Program-made: the position numbers and the translations under genes
Source: Euryarchaeota archaeon UBA550
Lineage (GTDB): Archaea > Thermoplasmatota > Poseidoniia > Poseidoniales > Poseidoniaceae
DNA length: 43,939 nucleotides
Assembly: GCA_002506705.1 (NCBI GenBank)
Contig: DAYA01000075.1
Coordinates: 1 to 43,939 of the forward strand
Reading direction: 5' to 3'
Notes under the pieces: model-generated
Told to the model about the DNA's origin: nothing
What the model saw: only the letters and a program-made list of their open reading frames with translations
The model's database searches: none
Shown: piece by piece, positions 1-7,167 of the stretch
Numbering within the stretch: the stretch's first letter is position 1
How the letters are laid out: each line of letters begins with the position of its first letter

Positions 1-848
1 TCGTGCAGGTCACCCCATGTTCTACCCATGTCACGAGCGAATTCCATGACTTCTGCAGTTGTTGTGATTCCTGTCTCGGCACCGTTCATAATTACTACAC
101 GCGGGCAATTTGACCACATCTCAAGTACACTTTCTGTTGTCAATCCATGACCCTCCGGGAGAGTAGCCACGATTGAGTGTACGTGCATAATTGTGGTAGG
201 AACGGCCACTGCTAGAGAGTTAATCTTGATTTCAGGTTTTACTGTCATTACATCTGGACCATGATGGCTAGGTACCTTCAGAACAGGTTTGATTGCGTTG
301 ATAGGTCCTTTCTTTGAATCTCCGGGATCTGCTGCTCTGCGTATCATTGTACACTCAACCGATAACTCACCACAATGCTCGTACAAAGGGACAAGTGTTC
401 TTGATAAACCGGTCGTATTACATGAAACAACTCTCGTACCTTCCACATTCATGTTTGCCGCATGGTTAGCACATGAGGTGTAGGACATACCTGTCATTGC
501 GTGTTTTTCGCCGCCTTGGAAAATCCATTTTATTCCTGCAGATTGATACTTTGCCTTATTTTCTGCACCAAGTTTCCCAGGTGAACAGTCGATGACAATA
601 TCTGCTACTGAGAGCAAATCGGAAAGACCACCATGACATTCGTATCCTGCACTAGCGAATGCTGCAATTTTTTCTTCATCGTCAAAGGTACAATACAATG
701 GATATCCTTTTCTTACGGCTAAATCACAACCGAATGCTGGGCGAGTTTTTGTCACCCCAATGATTTCCATGTCATCTTGGCAAGCTACTGCATCCGCAAC
801 TCGCTTTCCAATTGTACCGTATCCGTTGATTGCAACTTTGATATTCAT
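1..848 (-). CDS. gap: Glyceraldehyde-3-phosphate dehydrogenase, archaeal type II (phosphorylating); C-terminal part runs off the window
   Basis: Absent from the ORF track because it is open at the window edge. Reverse translation from the ATG (complement of 846-848) gives MNIKVAINGYGTIGKRVADAVACQDDMEIIGVTKTRP...RVVSCNTTGLSRTL...KVPSHHGPDV...VPTTIMHVHS. This shows the Rossmann N-terminus, the catalytic SCNTT cysteine motif and the PSHHGPD motif typical of archaeal GAPDH. Confidence 0.85.
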   Translation of the reverse strand, partial: MNIKVAINGYGTIGKRVADAVACQDDMEIIGVTKTRPAFGCDLAVRKGYPLYCTFDDEEKIAAFASAGYECHGGLSDLLSVADIVIDCSPGKLGAENKAKYQSAGIKWIFQGGEKHAMTGMSYTSCANHAANMNVEGTRVVSCNTTGLSRTLVPLYEHCGELSVECTMIRRAADPGDSKKGPINAIKPVLKVPSHHGPDVMTVKPEIKINSLAVAVPTTIMHVHSIVATLPEGHGLTTESVLEMWSNCPRVVIMNGAETGITTTAEVMEFARDMGRTWGDLH

Positions 849-958
849 GCCATTCCCTGTGGGGGGTGCCCTCGCGGAACTCTCATGAACCTTACTTCGC
901 GAAATTTCCCTCTCCTACAGGCAAACTGTTCATCAAAGAGAACACCACCGGCTGGTTG

Positions 959-2470
959 ATGGCAACTATTGAAGAGGTCGTTGCGAGTTCTATGAGTATT
1001 AACTCGAGATTACCTGCTCAGCTCGAGAAAGCGCTTGAGAGAAACATAGTTCTTAGAATTGGGTGGACAACAAATGGCGACCCCGTTCCAAAAGATGGAG
1101 AAATGGGGCTATGTCCAAATTTACCCGCTGGGTCAAAGGTGAGAAGTCTTGGTTATCTCGGATCGTTCACAGCAGCATTTGGACAAGGTGGGTCATTCAC
1201 TCACCAAGGCGATGTAGGTTCTTTCCTCGGTGCCGGAAACAATGGAAACAAAATCACTTGTGAGAGAACTGCGGGTAATTGTACAGGTTTTGGCCAAAAA
1301 AGTGGTCGAATAACAGTTCTTGACGGGACTGGAGATGATGCTGGTGCAAGAATGAGCGGAGGCTTGTTAGTGATCAGAGGAGATACAGGAATCCGAACCG
1401 GAGGTGGCATGTCAGGAGGTGACATCGTTGTCCACGGAGATGTTGGCGGCGACCCAGGTGCTGGTATGACTGGGGGACGAATTATCATCAATGGACGTTG
1501 CCCAACCCCACCTCCAGGAGTCCTTTTGAGGACACTGGATAAAGACGAACTCAAGAAGATTAACAAGGAACTTGGTGATGAAGAGTTACAAGTTCCGGCA
1601 GATGCTGTGTGCCTAGTTTCTGATGGTACTATCAGTGAAGGAATTATGTCAGATTGCAGAGACGACCTTTCTGGAATCTCAATTATTCCTATGACAACAA
1701 ATCATAATCCCAGTTATTCTACATGCGATACTGTTGTTTTGCTCGGGGAGGAAGACTCACTCGCCCTCCCAATCCCATTGCTACCCTATGTACCCAAGGG
1801 AGTTCAAGATGACTTATTCCACCCATGTCTTGTCAAGGAGAACCCTAGAGATTGCGACATAGTAATAATCGACTCTGATAACATCGCAAGCGCTGCTGAT
1901 TTGATTAAATCCGCTGCAGGATTTGCGATTGATTTAGACTCACTTCCAAGGCTAGATGGCGCAGCTTTAGATGGCCTACTTGTTGCACTAAAGTGTACTG
2001 CTCCTGCAAATTCGAAAGTAATTCTAGTAAGAGGAGTGGGGCAAACTGCATCACTACACACAGACTCACAACACCACGATGCAGATTGCGCTGTAAGCGT
2101 CCTAAACGATGGAAGTGGAATAAGTGCAGCTGCATCATTACCGATGGTAGGAAGGTCTGCTGCAACCAATCTAGAAGACGGTACTATTGCATCAATGTGG
2201 ATCCCATGGTCTGCAACAAGTGAAGATTTGGCAATTCTTTGTGCCTCAAACGTCGCCTTCACTATTTGCCCAGCACCCGATGAGAATATTGCCGGATGGA
2301 TTGCACAAGTCACATCCGGCTTGTCCGCTCATCTGAACAGACTAGGCTTAGCTTCGATCGATTCGCTGACAAGAGGGAATCTAAGAGCATTTGACCAAGA
2401 CACAGCCGCTGTTAGTGGCCTTAGATTAGCTGGCTATGATAGGCCATTGCCACACTGGTTCGCAAGGTGA
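959..2470 (+). CDS. GltB-like protein: N-terminal GXGXG beta-helix domain (glutamate synthase domain 3 / FwdC-like) plus a C-terminal degenerate FMN-barrel-like region
   Basis: The track ORF 866-2470 starts at a GTG only 17 nt from the divergent gap start. The first in-frame ATG is 959 (MATIEEVV). It carries repeated G-x-G-x-G rungs: GQGGSFTHQGDVGSFLGAGNNGNKI and GQKSGRITVLDGTGDDAGARMSGGLLVIRGDTGIRTGGGMSGGDIVVHGDVGGDPGAGMTGGRIIING. The C-terminal ~280 aa loosely resembles the glutamate synthase FMN domain (LNDGSGISAAASLPMVG; LGLASIDSLTRGNL near the end). Confidence 0.6.
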   Translation: MATIEEVVASSMSINSRLPAQLEKALERNIVLRIGWTTNGDPVPKDGEMGLCPNLPAGSKVRSLGYLGSFTAAFGQGGSFTHQGDVGSFLGAGNNGNKITCERTAGNCTGFGQKSGRITVLDGTGDDAGARMSGGLLVIRGDTGIRTGGGMSGGDIVVHGDVGGDPGAGMTGGRIIINGRCPTPPPGVLLRTLDKDELKKINKELGDEELQVPADAVCLVSDGTISEGIMSDCRDDLSGISIIPMTTNHNPSYSTCDTVVLLGEEDSLALPIPLLPYVPKGVQDDLFHPCLVKENPRDCDIVIIDSDNIASAADLIKSAAGFAIDLDSLPRLDGAALDGLLVALKCTAPANSKVILVRGVGQTASLHTDSQHHDADCAVSVLNDGSGISAAASLPMVGRSAATNLEDGTIASMWIPWSATSEDLAILCASNVAFTICPAPDENIAGWIAQVTSGLSAHLNRLGLASIDSLTRGNLRAFDQDTAAVSGLRLAGYDRPLPHWFAR

Positions 2471-2474
2471 TGAT

Positions 2475-4142
2475 ATGCCAACGATTAGTGTCGAGCAATC
2501 ACTTCTTCGAAGCTTTGTCGAAGCAAAAGGAAGGAAGCACGATATCGATGATCTAGCATTCCGACTTCCCCTCATGGGTACGGACATAGACCATTGCGAT
2601 GAAGAAAAATTGGATATTGAAATCTTCCCTGACAGGCCAGATTTACTTTCGCCTGAAACTCTATTTCATGGTATGATGCCGTTTTTACATGACTCTCCAG
2701 CAAACCCAAGACTTGCAGTCAACCCGGGTACTATTTCGATGACAGTTTCTCCCGAATTAGCAAAAATAAGGCCTGTGATACTTGGAGCAGTTGTCAGAGG
2801 TGTCGATATTGATGATGATATAATCAAGCGATTGATGGACCATCAAGAAAAGTTACATTTTGCCCTAGGTAGGGGACGAAAGCGAGCATCGATTGGTGTA
2901 CATGACCTGTCAACAATTTCTCCACCATTCCGAGTCGAGGCTGCGACAAGGGACCTGTCATTCATCCCTCTCGCAACGGAAAAAGAGATGACAATTGATG
3001 ATATCTTGAAATCACATCCTAAAGGCATAGATTATGCTCACCTTTTGGAAGGTATGGACAAAGTGCCAATTATTTACGATTCGAATGATGCAGTATTGTC
3101 TTTCCCACCAATCATCAACGGCGACCATACAACAGTCACAACAAAGACTCGCGATCTATTCATCGATGTCACAGGCTTAGATTTCAGGGCATGTGAATCA
3201 GCATTGATGTTAGTTTGCTTGCAACTATCAGTTTTGGGTGGCAAAATAGAATCAGTAAGAGTCACGACATGTGAAGGAAAAGAATGGAGTTTAAACGGCT
3301 CCCCTGTTGAACACATAGTTGAAAGAAATTTGGTGGAAGGAATCCTTGGAAACTCATTCACCGACGATGAAATAGACAACGCCATCTGTAGGATGGGAGG
3401 AATTTACAACGGCGATTCTGAAGGAAATCTCTCAATTTCAATGCCAAGGTGGAGATTTGACATACTTCACCCAATCGATTTGGTAGAAGAAGTTGCTATC
3501 GGACATGGTTATGATGACCTCGCATATGATGTGCCGAAAGCACCACTAACTGCGATACCTCGCCAAGATGGCCATTTGCGACGTAGAATTAGAGAAGCAC
3601 TGCAGGGACTTGGTCTAATCCAAATCCAATCATTAACTCTCTCTAATGACAAGGACCAGTTTGAAAGCGTGAGGTGGAAACCAGATGGGGAAATTACTCG
3701 CATGACAAACCCAATCACCATTGAACACACAATTCTCAGACAGAACATACTGCCTGGACTGTTGAGACTTTTGGCGGCCAATCGCCATCATGAACTTCCA
3801 CAAGGAGTTTACGAGTTAGGAAGTGTTGTAATAAATCACCAAAATCGGGATAAATTTGCTTTCCTAGTAGCAGAAAATTCAGGTGGCTTTGCATCCTTAC
3901 GTGGACGTATTCAAGCGCTCATGAGAGATCTTGGCTGCACTGACTGGACACTCGAACCAATAGAAACCGGCCCTTGGTTAGCAGGAAGAGCGGCCAATAT
4001 TGTCGTCAAAGGAACAGTTGTCGGAGAATGCGGAGAAATCGACCCACGTGTCTCACAGGATTTCGAATTAAATGTTCCAATGAGCGGCGCACAACTTGAC
4101 GTATCCATCATGAATAGTGTATTGAGCGACCCTGTGGTTTAG
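2475..4142 (+). CDS. pheT: Phenylalanyl-tRNA synthetase beta subunit, archaeal type
   Basis: The in-frame ATG at 2475 lies 4 nt after AGGTGA (SD-like). The product starts MPTISVEQSLLRSFV, is ~555 aa, and has archaeal PheT-like blocks (GTDIDHCDEEKLDIEIFPDRPDLLSPE, VHDL, PIINGDHT, EEVAIGHGYD, GVYELG). The track start at 2436 overlaps the upstream gene. Confidence 0.9.
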   Translation: MPTISVEQSLLRSFVEAKGRKHDIDDLAFRLPLMGTDIDHCDEEKLDIEIFPDRPDLLSPETLFHGMMPFLHDSPANPRLAVNPGTISMTVSPELAKIRPVILGAVVRGVDIDDDIIKRLMDHQEKLHFALGRGRKRASIGVHDLSTISPPFRVEAATRDLSFIPLATEKEMTIDDILKSHPKGIDYAHLLEGMDKVPIIYDSNDAVLSFPPIINGDHTTVTTKTRDLFIDVTGLDFRACESALMLVCLQLSVLGGKIESVRVTTCEGKEWSLNGSPVEHIVERNLVEGILGNSFTDDEIDNAICRMGGIYNGDSEGNLSISMPRWRFDILHPIDLVEEVAIGHGYDDLAYDVPKAPLTAIPRQDGHLRRRIREALQGLGLIQIQSLTLSNDKDQFESVRWKPDGEITRMTNPITIEHTILRQNILPGLLRLLAANRHHELPQGVYELGSVVINHQNRDKFAFLVAENSGGFASLRGRIQALMRDLGCTDWTLEPIETGPWLAGRAANIVVKGTVVGECGEIDPRVSQDFELNVPMSGAQLDVSIMNSVLSDPVV

Positions 4143-5065
4143 CCGATCAGTAGTTCTCTTTCGTTGATTTCAACATCTATGGTTTCATAGTAAACTACAA
4201 TCTTGATTGAGCATGGCCCATTACAGAGGTTGATTTGGTTCTCAAACAACTGTATGGTTTCATTGGCATTCCAATAATCATTGTCTATGTCATCGGAAAC
4301 TATCTTACAAGGGGAAGGGACTACCAAATCGGGGTCATTTAAAGCGGGAAAGTCTGACTCTCCAATTGCCGCAATTTGCATCGTAGGATAGCGATTTTCG
4401 TCTTGTTCATTGTAATAGGTTAGAAAATTTACTTTGAACGCCAGTTCATCCTTGACAAAAACATACACTCCATCGTTTGGATTAACTCGATGCACAGACA
4501 TATCGTATGTGTACCATTCCAATCTTTCCGAAGTCTCATTGCTTAGGTCCTCAGGAACCTCGTTAACTTCAGACAATTCTGCGCCTTCAATAAATGTCCA
4601 GGAAATTCCCTCTGAGAGATAGATGTCTGTTGATGAAAACTTCATCCAGTAACCTGTAATGTTTGACTCCAACTGGCCTGGCAAATCAAAATGAGTATAT
4701 GATTCAGAATCTGTTGCATCAATTTCTGTTGTAAATGTGGAACCGTCTGCACCTAACTTAGGAACCACCTTTCCATCTAGGCTAGCTGAGTTGGATTGAG
4801 CACCGAATGAACATCCGTATTTTGTTTCCTCAATAATCAGATTAATCTCAAGTGATGGCCAAGCCAAGTCCTCAGCATCGTCATCAAAACTCAATTCGAA
4901 TAGCAAGTTGTCTTGTCGATTATCACTGATTGTGGATTCTGTGTCGACAAGTATCACGTTTGATGTACCCAATTCGGATTCATATGTAGTGATCAAATAG
5001 GTCCAAACCGCCGCTGCAACAACAACTGTAATTGCTGCTGCAGCGGCTAGTTTTTTCCAATTCAT
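4139..5065 (-). CDS. Hypothetical membrane-anchored acidic protein (N-terminal hydrophobic helix, extracytoplasmic domain)
   Basis: 308 aa ORF. The N-terminus MNWKKLAAAAAITVVVAAAVWTYLI is a signal-anchor, and the rest is D/E-rich with N-x-S/T sequons. It starts 6 nt downstream of the FAS1 gene stop on the same strand, so it is probably co-transcribed. No family recognised. Confidence 0.6.
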   Translation of the reverse strand: MNWKKLAAAAAITVVVAAAVWTYLITTYESELGTSNVILVDTESTISDNRQDNLLFELSFDDDAEDLAWPSLEINLIIEETKYGCSFGAQSNSASLDGKVVPKLGADGSTFTTEIDATDSESYTHFDLPGQLESNITGYWMKFSSTDIYLSEGISWTFIEGAELSEVNEVPEDLSNETSERLEWYTYDMSVHRVNPNDGVYVFVKDELAFKVNFLTYYNEQDENRYPTMQIAAIGESDFPALNDPDLVVPSPCKIVSDDIDNDYWNANETIQLFENQINLCNGPCSIKIVVYYETIDVEINERELLIG

Positions 5066-5071
5066 GTGGTA

Positions 5072-7054
5072 TCACAGCTCGTTTTCTTGACGCTTTCTTG
5101 CGACAAGGACTGCGCCCAATGTTGCAAGAATTGCTGTCAGTCCTAGGAAGCCAGGTGTATTATTGTCTTTCTTGTCATCCTTGTCTTCATCGACAACTGC
5201 TGGTTCTGCTCCACCGTCGCCGACAATGACCTTTCCAAACATCTCCATTCCGATGTGTGGCTCACACGCATAGTAGAATGTGGTGTCCTCGGTAAAGGTG
5301 TGGTGGAAATCAACAGTCTTTGCAGATGCACCGGAATATACGCCGTTTTCTACGTATGTTGTTGACTTCAGTCCTGCGACTTCTTTGACGTTGTGTGCCA
5401 TAGATTCATTGGTCCACTTCCAGCAAACTGTTTCACCGACTGCGATTGTTGTGGATGCTGGAGTGAATCCGTACCCATCAGATGTGATTCCTATTGTTGC
5501 AGCGCAGACAACCTCTGGCTCTTCTGGCTCGGTAGGCTCATCTGCTGGTGGCAAGATCACCTTGTCAATAACGTGGATTACACCATTGCTCGCTGGGACG
5601 TCAGCAAGCACTACAGTTGCTCCCTCCGCACCAACTGTCACCGTTCCTTCTGCGACCGTAACAATCAGTTCATCACCGTTTGCTGCTGTGACAGCATTAG
5701 CACCATCAGCGAGGTCAGTTGATGCTATTTCTCCCGCTACGACGTGGTATAGTAAGATATCAGCAAGTGCTGAAATTTCTTCATCGGTATCGTAATCCGC
5801 TAGGTTGATACCTGCGGCTGCAAATGCATCATCTGTCGGTGCAAAGACAGTGTAATTGTCATCTCCAGACAATGTGTCAACCAGTCCTGCGACACCTAGG
5901 GCTGCTACTAGAGACGTGTGGATTGAAGTCGCTGCTGCAGTTGTTGCAATGTCAACTGCTGCAGTCCATATGTAAGCTGCACAAACTGCTTCAGATACTT
6001 CGGTAATTTGGTGCGTTACGGTGTTGTAACAACCTGTGTAGTTTTGGCCGTCCATTTCAGTGTTGTTTAGGTACATGTATCCTTCACATGTTGCTTGGTC
6101 TGCACCAGGGACGATGGTGTGGGTTACTGAGTTGTAACAAATCTCACCTTCTACAATTTCCGGTGGCATTAGCACCTTGTCAATCACGTGGATTACACCG
6201 TTACTAGCAACTACATCTGCTTGTGTTACGGATGCATCGTTTACGATTACACCACCCGGTGTAACACCAACTCTAACCTGCTGTTGGTTAAGCATGGTAA
6301 CAAGTTGACCATCACTCAAGTCACCTGACATGACAGTGCCCATTGTGACGTGATAAGCAAGCACGTTACCTAGTGCAGCAATACCATCATCACCTGAAAA
6401 GTCTGCGAGGTCAATCCCTGCGTCAGTAAAAGCCTGATCTGTTGGTGCGAATATTGTGTATGGTCCTACGTCAGAAAGAGAATCGAGCAGACCTGCTTGG
6501 ATAATTGCGTCAACAAGTACATCGTGTACTCCTGTGTTAGACGCAATAGTTGGAATGTCACCTGGACCATCTACAGGAGGCAGCAAAACCTTGTCGATTA
6601 CGTGGATTACACCGTTACTGGAAACAACGTCTGCTAGTGTTACTGTAGCATCGTTTACAGTCACGTTGTCGCCTACACCTATAGTGATATTATCGCCATT
6701 TAGTGTCTCTACGCTCATGCCGTCTGTTAAGGCTGAGGAAAGTACTTCACCAGAGACAACGTGGTAAGTCAGTATATCGACTAAAGTTTGGTTTGCTTCC
6801 TCTGTATTGAAGTCTGCCAAATCAATTCCTGCATCTGTAAATGCTTGGTCTGTTGGCGCAAACACTGTGAACGGTCCAACACCGGAGAGTGTGTCTACTA
6901 GTCCTGCATGGGCAAGTGCAGCAACCAGAGAATTATGGTTCCCGGTTTCGGTCGCATTTGTTGGTATGTCTTTGGTTTCATCTGCTGATACTGATAGCGG
7001 CATTGCAGTCAATAGCAGTAGGGCGATTAGTGCGGTTGAGAGTCTTCTCTGCAT
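5072..7054 (-). CDS. Secreted 3x fasciclin (FAS1) - Cys-rich insert - type 1 copper (cupredoxin) protein with PGF-CTERM archaeosortase signal
   Basis: - Sec signal: MQRRLSTALIALLLLTAMPLSVSA.
- Three FAS1 repeats, each with (F/Y)T(V/I)FAPTD.AF, YHV and NGVIHVIDKV(L/I)(L/M)PP.
- Cupredoxin ligand pattern: AHNV ... YYACEPHIGM (C-x2-H-x2-M, as in amicyanin).
- C-terminus: NNTPGFLGLTAILATLGAVLVARKRQ, i.e. PGF motif + TM helix + basic tail. Confidence 0.85.
   Translation of the reverse strand: MQRRLSTALIALLLLTAMPLSVSADETKDIPTNATETGNHNSLVAALAHAGLVDTLSGVGPFTVFAPTDQAFTDAGIDLADFNTEEANQTLVDILTYHVVSGEVLSSALTDGMSVETLNGDNITIGVGDNVTVNDATVTLADVVSSNGVIHVIDKVLLPPVDGPGDIPTIASNTGVHDVLVDAIIQAGLLDSLSDVGPYTIFAPTDQAFTDAGIDLADFSGDDGIAALGNVLAYHVTMGTVMSGDLSDGQLVTMLNQQQVRVGVTPGGVIVNDASVTQADVVASNGVIHVIDKVLMPPEIVEGEICYNSVTHTIVPGADQATCEGYMYLNNTEMDGQNYTGCYNTVTHQITEVSEAVCAAYIWTAAVDIATTAAATSIHTSLVAALGVAGLVDTLSGDDNYTVFAPTDDAFAAAGINLADYDTDEEISALADILLYHVVAGEIASTDLADGANAVTAANGDELIVTVAEGTVTVGAEGATVVLADVPASNGVIHVIDKVILPPADEPTEPEEPEVVCAATIGITSDGYGFTPASTTIAVGETVCWKWTNESMAHNVKEVAGLKSTTYVENGVYSGASAKTVDFHHTFTEDTTFYYACEPHIGMEMFGKVIVGDGGAEPAVVDEDKDDKKDNNTPGFLGLTAILATLGAVLVARKRQENEL
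5559..6619 (-). repeat. Intragenic DNA repeat: a ~32 nt block conserved three times inside the FAS1 gene
   Basis: The blocks are accttgtcaataacgtggattacaccattgct (5559-5590), accttgtcaatcacgtggattacaccgttact (6174-6205) and accttgtcgattacgtggattacaccgttact (6588-6619). Each encodes NGVIHVIDKV on the minus strand. This is a domain duplication, not a non-coding repeat. Confidence 0.8.
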
Positions 7055-7167
7055 CGAGCCCTAACGGATTGCGTTGGTATATACCATTTTGTTTCGATAC
7101 GCAAACGGAAACCGTGACATGTAACAAAAATGCGCTTCATTATTATGTGTGAAGCCCTAGAAAGCAT
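7055..7167. promoter_or_regulatory. Divergent promoter region with two TATA-like elements about 26 nt from each start codon
   Basis: The palindromic GGTATATACC (7076-7085) is centred ~26 nt upstream of the minus-strand ATG (7052-7054). TTCATTATTATG (7137-7147) is centred ~26 nt upstream of the plus-strand ATG (7168). Neither start has an SD, which fits leaderless or near-leaderless archaeal transcripts. Confidence 0.35.

Noticed and set aside
866-958. N-terminal extensions given by the ORF track (866 for the GltB-like gene, 2436 for pheT, 9537 for rnhB, 16069 for rps15, 21155 for dnaJ, 23105 for GT2, 12623 for the 674 aa gene)
   Set aside because: These extensions start at GTG/TTG or overlap the neighbouring gene or promoter. 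Internal ATGs with SD motifs, or with canonical family N-termini ([31 protein letters not shown]), fit better.
289-959. Track ORFs 289-483 and 777-959 on the plus strand
   Set aside because: Both lie antisense to, or across the start of, the clearly recognisable partial gap gene on the minus strand (1-848).
1201-2313. 121 aa and 169 aa minus-strand ORFs inside the GltB-like gene
   Set aside because: They are antisense to a Gly-rich GXGXG coding region (giving Pro-rich translations) and lie entirely within a supported gene.
5280-7064. Plus-strand ORFs (171, 109, 103 and 85 aa) overlapping the FAS1-cupredoxin gene
   Set aside because: Shadow ORFs of a repetitive Ala/Val/Thr/Asp-rich gene. The minus-strand product has unmistakable domain motifs.
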